From Candidatus Altiarchaeota archaeon (lineage in GTDB: Archaea; Altiarchaeota; Altiarchaeia; IMC4; QMZM01): DNA of 64,000 nt. Positions 48,670 through 56,931 of this stretch are shown here, piece after piece. How positions within the stretch are numbered: position 1 is the first letter of the stretch; each line of letters opens with the position of its first letter. Under the pieces are notes generated by a model, which did not search any database, was not told where the DNA came from, and saw only the letters and a list, made by a program, of their open reading frames with translations. The stretch spans positions 228,468 through 292,467 of the forward strand of contig JAWAEV010000001.1 in NCBI GenBank assembly GCA_038891095.1, written 5' to 3'. Made by a program: the position numbers and the translations under genes.

Positions 48670-49896
48670 TTATTCGTATCTCAATGCATCTACAGGCTTA
48701 AGCTCAGAAGCTTGTTTCGCAGGTAAAATTCCTGAAATAACTCCAACAAAAAATGAAAACGCTAATGCTCCAATGATAAGCTCTAAACTTATGTAAGCTT
48801 CTAACAACTTTCCCTTTAATGTTTGCTCGGCAAAAATTTCAACAATTTTGCTTGTTGTAATCCCGATCATACAACCAATTGCTCCACCTATCATACCAAG
48901 AATCCCTGATTCAATTGTGAATAAAAGTAATATGTCTTTATTTTTAGCTCCAATCGCTTTCATAACACCAATTTCTTGAGTTCTTTCCAGAACAGAGGTA
49001 TACATAGTGTTCATAATCCCGACTCCACCAACAATGAGAGAAATTGCAGCTATTCCAATTATAACCCATGTAACAGCATCAAGTATAGAAGTAATTGACC
49101 TTCTTATCTTCTCAAAAGTCTGAACTGAGAAATTTTCTTGACCTTCTTTCAAATTTCTATCTTTCCGCATTTCTTTTTTTATTTTCTCTGCAATTTTATC
49201 AACATCATAGCCATCTTTTACCTTTGCATAAATTACCATATACTCTTCCTTAGTATTGAAAATCTCTTCAGCTGTTTTTATAGGTATATACATCTGTGAG
49301 TCATCATCTGGATTTCCAATTTGGCTAACCCTCGCGACAACATCAAATTCTCTGCCATTTATCTCGATTTTATCTCCTATAGCTACTTTCTTTTTAAAGA
49401 ATCCGTCTTCCTCGCCAAGAAGATAGCCAACTGCTACCTTATACTTATCTGTAGATTTAAATTTTTCTTGACCTTCTATTATTTTTATTCCTGTGCCTTT
49501 GAGCAAAATATCTTGAGTGTCATCAGTAGGAAACGCAACAATTGAACCATATTTGACTTCGCCTTTAAATTTGACTTGAGCAATTCTCATAAAGAAACCA
49601 GCTGCATTTTCTACACCATTAATCCCTTTTATCAACTCTAAATCATGCTTTTTTAGTTTTTCAATTGAGGTTATTGAAGAAAGTCCGCTATATGACTCAG
49701 CACCTGGGAGAACTATTATTATATCTGAGCCCAAAATTTCAAATTGTTCATTTATCGCCTTTTGCATTCCTTGACCAAGAGAAATTAAAGAAACAACTGC
49801 TGTGATGCCAATAATTACTCCAAGAATTGTGAGATAACTCCTTATCCCCTTTCTTTTTATTCCATTTAGAGTTATGTTGAATAAATCTTGAATCAT
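48670..49896 (-). CDS. MacB/FtsX-type ABC permease
   Basis: RSYLTILGVIIGI, GGVGIMNTMYTSVLERTQEIGVMKAIGA, PVDALRYE. Start reassigned to ATG 49896. Confidence 0.94.
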   Translation of the reverse strand: MIQDLFNITLNGIKRKGIRSYLTILGVIIGITAVVSLISLGQGMQKAINEQFEILGSDIIIVLPGAESYSGLSSITSIEKLKKHDLELIKGINGVENAAGFFMRIAQVKFKGEVKYGSIVAFPTDDTQDILLKGTGIKIIEGQEKFKSTDKYKVAVGYLLGEEDGFFKKKVAIGDKIEINGREFDVVARVSQIGNPDDDSQMYIPIKTAEEIFNTKEEYMVIYAKVKDGYDVDKIAEKIKKEMRKDRNLKEGQENFSVQTFEKIRRSITSILDAVTWVIIGIAAISLIVGGVGIMNTMYTSVLERTQEIGVMKAIGAKNKDILLLFTIESGILGMIGGAIGCMIGITTSKIVEIFAEQTLKGKLLEAYISLELIIGALAFSFFVGVISGILPAKQASELKPVDALRYE

Positions 49897-49897
49897 T

Positions 49898-51130
49898 TTA
49901 AAGTTTATATCGCAATGCATCAACTGGGTTCATCATTGCTGCTTTTCTCGCAGGCATTAGGCCAGATATACATCCAACCATAAAAGAGAATAGTAACGCT
50001 CCAAAAATTAGTTCAAACGAAAAGTAAATTTTCACAAATTCTATGTTGTTTGCTTTAAGTATATGCTCTACGCTGTAGCTAAATATCATTCCAATCATAC
50101 AACCAATTGCTCCGCCTATCATGCCAAGAATTCCTGATTCAATTAGAAAAATTAGCATTATATCAGAATTTCTCGCTCCAACTGATTTCATGATTCCAAT
50201 CTGCTTTGTTCTTTCCAGAACAGAGGTATACATAGTGTTCATAATCCCGACACCACCAACAATGAGAGAAATTGTAGCTATGCCAACTAAAAGGATTTGT
50301 ACAATAGCAAGGACATTCTTGAAGGAACTTACAATGCTTTCAGCTGTTTCAACCAAAAAATCCTCTTCACCCTTTTTGACATTTCTTTCTTTTCTTAATT
50401 CTTTTTTTATATCATCAGCAACTTCTTTTGGGATAAAACCATCTTCTACTTTTACATTTATTGATGAAAACTCTTCGCTCTTATTGAATAATTCTCTTGC
50501 TATATCTATAGGGATTATAATTCTTCTTTCATGCAATGGATTGCCAGTTTTTTTAGTAATACCTATGATCTCAAATTCTTTGTCTTGAATTTTGATTTTC
50601 TCCCCAATTTTAAGTTCTTTGTTAAAGTAATGCTTTCCTGTTTCATATCCAACAACTACTTTGTACAGATCACTGCTCTGTAAAAATCTTCCCTTCTCAA
50701 TATCAAAGAAATTTATCTCTTTAACAAACTTTATATCTTCAGCATCAGTTGGTACTGAAAAAACCAATGGCATAACTCTTTTTTCTTTAAATTCTACATC
50801 TGCTCTTCCTGCAAGAATTCCGATAGCATTCTCAACTCCTTTAACTTTTTTAACAGCATCTAAATCTTTCTTAGTTAATTTACTTGTAAATAGTTCTGAA
50901 GCTCCAAACATTGCTGTTGCTGCACCAAAATTACTACCAGGGGAGATAATAATTCTATTGCCGCCTACCTGCCTGAATTGATCATCAATATATGCTTGCA
51001 AACCTTGGCCAAGAGATATAAGAGCAACAACTGCAAATATGCCAATAAAAATTCCGAGCATAGTAAGCCATGTTCTCAGCTTTCTGTGCTTTATGCTATC
51101 TATTGCAAATTTTACATAGTCCGCTATCAT
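49898..51130 (-). CDS. MacB/FtsX-type ABC permease
   Basis: RTWLTMLGIFIGI, GGVGIMNTMYTSVLERTKQIGIMKSVGA, PVDALRY. Confidence 0.94.
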   Translation of the reverse strand: MIADYVKFAIDSIKHRKLRTWLTMLGIFIGIFAVVALISLGQGLQAYIDDQFRQVGGNRIIISPGSNFGAATAMFGASELFTSKLTKKDLDAVKKVKGVENAIGILAGRADVEFKEKRVMPLVFSVPTDAEDIKFVKEINFFDIEKGRFLQSSDLYKVVVGYETGKHYFNKELKIGEKIKIQDKEFEIIGITKKTGNPLHERRIIIPIDIARELFNKSEEFSSINVKVEDGFIPKEVADDIKKELRKERNVKKGEEDFLVETAESIVSSFKNVLAIVQILLVGIATISLIVGGVGIMNTMYTSVLERTKQIGIMKSVGARNSDIMLIFLIESGILGMIGGAIGCMIGMIFSYSVEHILKANNIEFVKIYFSFELIFGALLFSFMVGCISGLMPARKAAMMNPVDALRYKL

Positions 51131-51132
51131 AC

Positions 51133-52791
51133 TTATTTCTTAAAAAATTTTTTATCTAAGTAGTTTATTGTTAACTTAAAAATTTTGTATAATAACCAAA
51201 GGACTATTGCAAAAATGAATGCTCCGGCTAAAAGGGCAACTATGCTTATTACATTAGCAACCGTAGTAGAAGGTTTCATTGCTCCATAAACTGAAGAAGA
51301 AAGCACTTCTAATGAAATTTCCTTAGTTTCGATATATTTTTCATTACTGCCTTCTTCTCTATAGGATAATTCAAATTTCAATGGAATTTTACTTCCTTCT
51401 TTAACATTATCTGAGAGTTGAATTGTAAATTCTTCTGTATCTGTGTCATCTGAATCAAGATTTCCTACATAAATTTCACTTGTTGACAAAACTTTATATT
51501 CATCAGTCTGTAACAATTTTAATGTTAGGAATTTCACATTTGTGAATGCAGAGTTTACAATATCAACAAAAATCTTACCCTTAGATCCTTTTGTAAATAG
51601 ATCTGAATTTTTTCCAAGAGAAAGATAAATTTCAGGCTTTCCAGAAATTTTTATTCCAATTGTCTTATCAACTGATTGTTTAGAGTTGCTTGCATCGTAA
51701 TAGGTAAGCGCCAATGGGAGTTGATATGCAACATTTTCTGCACTCGTATCAAGCAAAATCTCAAATGTTACATCCTTAGTTTCTTTTGGTAGGATATCAC
51801 CAATGTGCTTTTCTGATGTCTTCAAAGCAGTGAATGGCTTCGTTAATGTCAACTTAGCAATAACATCCCTTGCTTTTGATGTTCCAAAATTTTTTAATGT
51901 TATTGTTAAATTTTTTACATCTCCGTAGCTTAATGTCTCAGGATATAAATTTACAACATTCAGCATTATATCAGACGACTGAACATCTATTCCAAAAGAT
52001 ATCGAATCTGTCATTAAAATTCCTGAAGAGATATCATAGTAATCAATTGACAATGTTAAAGTACATATTCCTGTTGATATTGGCTTTATAGTATAGTCAA
52101 TATTAAACTCGCTATCTCTTTCAATATCACTCATGTATCTTTTACTTGAGCCAAGAACTGTGGCACAATTTGAATTTAAAACAACAGACACATCTTTCGC
52201 AGGATTTTTTGCATGAGCTGAAATCTCTAATTTCTGCTCAACATCTTTAAAAAATTCTTTTTTAGCTATAGATACTTGAAAATTTGGATTAGCATATATC
52301 ATCACAGGAATTTCCCATCTTCTTTGGACGTTTTTTGTTCTTTTGTTATTTGTGTCTACACTATCAAATACTGCAACAACTGTCAATGTGTAAACTCCTG
52401 GGAGAGCATTCTTCTCAACTTTTATTACTTTTGATATTGTTTTTGAAAATCCACCCTCAATAGTACCAAGCTCAAACTTTGCATTTGCTTTTATCTCTGG
52501 TGAATCATAAATTAAAATTTCTATATTTTCAGCAGGCTTTGTACCAGTGTTCTTAAAAACAATTTGTAAAACTCCTGAAGAGCCTGGTCTTAAGTTTTGT
52601 TCAATTTTTGTAAGCTCAAAATCTATAACCAAATTTGTTGGTGTTTCCTTCGGTACATTTTCAGGACCATAAACAGATGCTAAAGAAACTGCGCTGACAT
52701 AGCTAACCAAGCTAATTAATGCCAAAAACAAAAAAAATATTAAAAACCTTTTCCTAAATTTTATTTTACTTTCCATTTTCTTTACCTCCAT
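51133..52791 (-). CDS. COG1361 S-layer-domain protein with a C-terminal TM
   Basis: Signal peptide, repeated KN.G...A..V units, YVGNLDSDD motif, TM anchor. Confidence 0.82.
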   Translation of the reverse strand: MEVKKMESKIKFRKRFLIFFLFLALISLVSYVSAVSLASVYGPENVPKETPTNLVIDFELTKIEQNLRPGSSGVLQIVFKNTGTKPAENIEILIYDSPEIKANAKFELGTIEGGFSKTISKVIKVEKNALPGVYTLTVVAVFDSVDTNNKRTKNVQRRWEIPVMIYANPNFQVSIAKKEFFKDVEQKLEISAHAKNPAKDVSVVLNSNCATVLGSSKRYMSDIERDSEFNIDYTIKPISTGICTLTLSIDYYDISSGILMTDSISFGIDVQSSDIMLNVVNLYPETLSYGDVKNLTITLKNFGTSKARDVIAKLTLTKPFTALKTSEKHIGDILPKETKDVTFEILLDTSAENVAYQLPLALTYYDASNSKQSVDKTIGIKISGKPEIYLSLGKNSDLFTKGSKGKIFVDIVNSAFTNVKFLTLKLLQTDEYKVLSTSEIYVGNLDSDDTDTEEFTIQLSDNVKEGSKIPLKFELSYREEGSNEKYIETKEISLEVLSSSVYGAMKPSTTVANVISIVALLAGAFIFAIVLWLLYKIFKLTINYLDKKFFKK

Positions 52792-53482
52792 AATTTATTT
52801 TACCATCTTTCAAATGATATGTTTTATCTGCAAATTTTGCAACATTTTTATCATGAGTTACAACAACTATTGTTTTATTTTCATTTTCATGCAGATCAGA
52901 GAGCATTTCCATTATTTCAGTCCCTCTTTTTGAATCTAAATTTCCAGTTGGCTCATCAGCAAGAATTACCTCAGGATTATTAGCAAGAGCTCTTGCAATT
53001 GCAACTCTTTGTTGCTCACCACCTGAGAGTTCAGTAGGTTTATGCTCTAATCTATGGCTTAAGCCTACTTTCTCTAACAAATCCTCTGCAATTTTGTATC
53101 TTTTATCAAATGGTACACCTTGGAATATCATAGGCAGCATTACATTCTCAATTGCAGTTAAACTTGGTATTAAATTAAATGTCTGAAAAACAAAACCTAT
53201 TTTTCTTCCACGAATTTGTGCTAATTCACTTTCAGTTAATTTTGTTATATCCTGTGAATCAAGAAAAACTTTTCCCTTTGTTGGTATGTCTAAACAGCCT
53301 ATCATATTCATTACTGTTGATTTTCCAGAGCCACTTGGACCCATAATTGCTATAAATTCTTCAGGAAATACTTTCAAATTTAGACCTCTTAGAGCATGAA
53401 CTTCAACTTTGCCTAAGGTATAAATTTTCCACACTTCTTCAAGCTCAATAATTGGTTTATTTTCCGACTTTACTTTCAACAT
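52766..53482 (-). CDS. ABC transporter ATP-binding protein (LolD/MacB type)
   Basis: [45 protein letters not shown]. Confidence 0.96.
   Translation of the reverse strand: MLKVKSENKPIIELEEVWKIYTLGKVEVHALRGLNLKVFPEEFIAIMGPSGSGKSTVMNMIGCLDIPTKGKVFLDSQDITKLTESELAQIRGRKIGFVFQTFNLIPSLTAIENVMLPMIFQGVPFDKRYKIAEDLLEKVGLSHRLEHKPTELSGGEQQRVAIARALANNPEVILADEPTGNLDSKRGTEIMEMLSDLHENENKTIVVVTHDKNVAKFADKTYHLKDGKINYGGKENGK
52941..53043. repeat. 103-bp perfect direct repeat, copy 2
   Basis: Identical to 44094-44196. Confidence 0.92.
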
Positions 53483-53954
53483 TTTGAATTTTTCTAAGTT
53501 CGTCTAGCATTTTTTCCATAACAAAATGAAATTGCTCTATCTGTTTATAATAACTTTGTAATATCTGTAATTTTTTCTTTGTTTTTTCATTATTCTGCCT
53601 GTTGCTGTGTTTTTTTATTATACTTGGTAAAACTTCGATTATCTGTTTAATCTGCTCATTTGCAAAATTTATTTTTTGTATATTTAGCTTTACAATATCT
53701 TTTTCCATATAGAAAAACACTTTATGGCTCTTCGGCTTACGAATTTTTTTTACAACGCCTATGTTTACTAAAGTTTTCATTGTATTTGAAACTGATGCCA
53801 AACTATAGTTTGTTTCTTTTGCCAAATCTTCAAGAGAAATTTCATATGGTTCAAGATAGAGGATAGACATAATATTGCAAAAGGAATCACTAAAGCCTAA
53901 TGGTTTCCATAAATTACTCATAAGTTTAGAGATTTCTTCATTTAATTTGTCCAT
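53457..53954 (-). CDS. GbsR/MarR family transcriptional regulator
   Basis: I.SILYLEP..ISLEDLAKETNYSLASVSN.MK.L...G.V.K..KP...KVFFY.EKD. Confidence 0.85.
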   Translation of the reverse strand: MDKLNEEISKLMSNLWKPLGFSDSFCNIMSILYLEPYEISLEDLAKETNYSLASVSNTMKTLVNIGVVKKIRKPKSHKVFFYMEKDIVKLNIQKINFANEQIKQIIEVLPSIIKKHSNRQNNEKTKKKLQILQSYYKQIEQFHFVMEKMLDELRKIQNVESKVGK

Positions 53955-53956
53955 TA

Positions 53957-53994
53957 TTTTTACAACTTTTAGTATATAATGAAAGTTGTGAATA
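53957..53994. promoter_or_regulatory. 38-bp imperfect palindrome, candidate operator of the GbsR-like regulator
   Basis: TTTTTACAACTTTTAGTAT|ATAATGAAAGTTGTGAATA, 15 of 19 positions symmetric, with a perfect ACAACTTT/AAAGTTGT core; directly upstream of the regulator ATG. Confidence 0.65.
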
Positions 53995-54047
53995 TAATAT
54001 ATTCTTTCTATTGTATAAAAAGCAAATTCAAAAAAGCAAATTCAAAC

Positions 54048-55538
54048 CTATTTTTTGGTATTTAATTCAACACCCTTTGAGAATTTTTCTTCAACAATTT
54101 TTCTATGTAGAGTGTTATATGAGCAAAAAGGGATTAATCTGCCATCTGGAGTTGCATAATGTATTGTACAATTTTGGACCCTTTCGACATCATAATTCCA
54201 AGGATCCATAAAATGCATTGAACCTATCATTACCATTCTCTTGTGAAATTTTGCTGTATCTTTGTATTGACCAAATTTTAGAATTCTCATTATCATTTCT
54301 CTCCTTTCTGGATCATGAATATGCTTTAGGACATTACTAAACAATCTTGCTTTTAATTTAAATTTAGCAAGACTAAATTTTTTTGATATATCGCCTTCTT
54401 TCTTTAAATCATTTGTTCCTTCTCTAACTGCGTTAAGAAGGTTATTAACATCTAAGAGCTCTGTTATTGGTCTATAATCTCTACCATTTACAACAATGTA
54501 TGTCCCAAGCCCGCACACTGGATGACATGTTAAGGAGGTTGTTGGGTTCTTTACAACAGCTTCAACAAATTTTGAGAAGGGAACAGTTACAGTCACAGGA
54601 TAAAAATCTTTTGCTTTTATTTTTCCATTAGTTTGTTTCTCAACAAGGGTTATGAAGTCATAATTTGTTATCCTACTCTTCTGAATTTCCATTTTTGAAG
54701 CATTCCCAGAAAAAGAAATTGGCTGAAAATTTACACATCTTATAATGTCAGAATTTTCAACTGCAAATTTTATTATTCCGCCTATTTGAGAATCATTAAC
54801 ACCTTTAATTAGAGTCACAACTAAAACTACACTAATGCCAACTTTTCTGCAATTTTCTATTGCATGAATTTTATCTTTTAGCAGTGGTATGCCACGAGTT
54901 TTTTTGTAGATACTATCATCTAAACCATCAAATTGCAAGTAAAAGCTATCTAAACCTGCATCTTTTAATTTTTTTAAATAGTTAATATCACGAGAAATTC
55001 TTATTCCATTTGTATCAACCATTATATATAAAAAACCTAAGTCTTTTCCAAGTTTAACTAAATCTGGAAGATCGTTCCTTAAAGTTGGTTCACCACCAGA
55101 AAATTGAAATGCATAACATGGTACTGGTGAATTTTTTCTTAGAGAGATTAGCATTTCTCTTATTTGCTCGTATGTTGGCTCATAAATTTTTTCACTTGAG
55201 TTAGCTGATGCAAAGCAAACGGGACATGAAAGATTACATCTGTTGGTTATGTCGACTATTCCTAAAACAGTATGACTTTTATGCTCATTACAAATTCCAC
55301 AATCAAATGGACAACCCAACTTTCTTATAGTTTTGGGATTATTCACACTATAGCCACTTTCATAGAAAGACATTATCCAGCGATAATGCTCTAAGTCATT
55401 CCAATAGATATCCTCAAAATGACCATGAATTCTACATTCTTTCTCTATTTTTACTCTACCATTATCTGCAACTAACTTCGCGGGAATTTTCCTAAGGCAT
55501 TTTGGGCATAAGCTCTCTGTATTTTTCAAAATTTCCAT
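54048..55538 (-). CDS. tes: Radical SAM tetraether lipid synthase (Tes/GDGT-MAS family)
   Basis: TESLCPKC...C..HG, CPFDCGIC..H, CNLSCPVC, FQPISF.G, CHPVC, MHFMD..NYD..RV..C.IHYATPDGR.IPFC.YN. Confidence 0.88.
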   Translation of the reverse strand: MEILKNTESLCPKCLRKIPAKLVADNGRVKIEKECRIHGHFEDIYWNDLEHYRWIMSFYESGYSVNNPKTIRKLGCPFDCGICNEHKSHTVLGIVDITNRCNLSCPVCFASANSSEKIYEPTYEQIREMLISLRKNSPVPCYAFQFSGGEPTLRNDLPDLVKLGKDLGFLYIMVDTNGIRISRDINYLKKLKDAGLDSFYLQFDGLDDSIYKKTRGIPLLKDKIHAIENCRKVGISVVLVVTLIKGVNDSQIGGIIKFAVENSDIIRCVNFQPISFSGNASKMEIQKSRITNYDFITLVEKQTNGKIKAKDFYPVTVTVPFSKFVEAVVKNPTTSLTCHPVCGLGTYIVVNGRDYRPITELLDVNNLLNAVREGTNDLKKEGDISKKFSLAKFKLKARLFSNVLKHIHDPERREMIMRILKFGQYKDTAKFHKRMVMIGSMHFMDPWNYDVERVQNCTIHYATPDGRLIPFCSYNTLHRKIVEEKFSKGVELNTKK

Positions 55539-55562
55539 TCTTTTTTAAATTTATGATTTGCT

Positions 55563-55763
55563 TTACTCCTTCAAATCCATCACTCCAAGCATAAGAAATA
55601 GCAATCCAAAGCAAAATACTCCAACAACAATTCCTCCAATTAAAAATGTTTTAACTGATGCCCAAACCCAGGGAAAAAGACCTCCAAATTTCTCTGGTAG
55701 AGAAACATACAATGCCAAAATAATTAATACTACTCCAATTAGGAGTTCGAGATATTTATTCAT
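55563..55763 (-). CDS. Small two-TM hypothetical membrane protein upstream of tes
   Basis: GGAGGT SD before ATG 55763; two hydrophobic helices. Confidence 0.65.
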   Translation of the reverse strand: MNKYLELLIGVVLIILALYVSLPEKFGGLFPWVWASVKTFLIGGIVVGVFCFGLLFLMLGVMDLKE

Positions 55764-55832
55764 TTGTACCACCTCCAATACATAGTCTCACCAATCAAAA
55801 TATAATAGAGTATTATTATATTTAAATTGAAA

Positions 55833-56849
55833 ATGTCTCGCTACTCGCTATGGTTAAGAAGTTATAACGAGAAGAGGAATATCATACTTGAAAAATTGAG
55901 AAAATATAAAGAGAAAGTGAGTGAGATAAAAAAAATGCTTTCTACAGAGAAATTTATTCTACCTGTATTTGAGTATAAAGGAGATATAAATTCTTTGAAG
56001 ATGTGTTTTGTTGATGGCGGCCAGGGTATAGATGAACTTTTAGGTTGTGTGACATATTATATAAGAGCTTCTGGTTTATTTCTCCATCAAAAAAAGAAAT
56101 TTTTTTTAAGAGCGTCAGACTTTGGGATTTTAGAATATGAAGATAACACAAATGATAGAATTGAGCTATTGCGCTCTATTATGGAAATAGAAATAGCAGA
56201 AAAGTGCATTCAAGAATACTCCCCTGGATATGTATTTTTAGATGGATCCCTACATGTTAATTTCAGTAAAAGGGAAATTCCTTGCGAAGAATATAAAATT
56301 TTTAGAAAAAAATTTTTCAGATTATTAAAAAATGCTTATGAAAATGGAGTTCACTTATGTGGTATTTCTGAAGATTCAAGGTCAAGATTACTGGTGAATA
56401 ATTTAGAGAGTAGATATGGGATAAAATTTCCATCATTTATGACTGATTCATCAATGCTTAAATTTTTTACAGGCTCAGAAAGGTTTGTAACAAAAGAATT
56501 TACTCCTGAACCAAAATTCAACTTTGAGAACTCAAATGGAATAAAACCTGTGAATTTCCCTACAGTTTATCTTCAACCAAATGCATTTTCAAATCCTCTT
56601 AGAATAGATGTGCCAAGTTGGGAAAAAAATCTTCCAGAGATAATTTCGATTATTGTAAAATTATCAAAAGGCTCTAAATGGTATGGCTATCCATATCCTC
56701 TCTACCTAGCTCACTTAGATGCAAAAATAGAGAATAAACAAGCAGAATGGAACACACTACAAATTGCACATTATGTCCTTAGAAATGATCCTGAGATTTA
56801 TGATGCAATTTTAAAAGAGAAAAGAAGGAAATTAAGGCCAAGAGGATGA
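55833..56849 (+). CDS. nurA: NurA-domain nuclease
   Basis: FVDGG, R..MEI..A, FLDGSL, GISEDS, GYPYPL..AH..A. Confidence 0.85.
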   Translation: MSRYSLWLRSYNEKRNIILEKLRKYKEKVSEIKKMLSTEKFILPVFEYKGDINSLKMCFVDGGQGIDELLGCVTYYIRASGLFLHQKKKFFLRASDFGILEYEDNTNDRIELLRSIMEIEIAEKCIQEYSPGYVFLDGSLHVNFSKREIPCEEYKIFRKKFFRLLKNAYENGVHLCGISEDSRSRLLVNNLESRYGIKFPSFMTDSSMLKFFTGSERFVTKEFTPEPKFNFENSNGIKPVNFPTVYLQPNAFSNPLRIDVPSWEKNLPEIISIIVKLSKGSKWYGYPYPLYLAHLDAKIENKQAEWNTLQIAHYVLRNDPEIYDAILKEKRRKLRPRG

Positions 56850-56931
56850 CTCTTAATTAAAATTTTTATAGATTTTATATAGCTTGGCTCTGAATATCTT
56901 ATTAGGTACTTTTTTATACTTTAGAAGTAAA

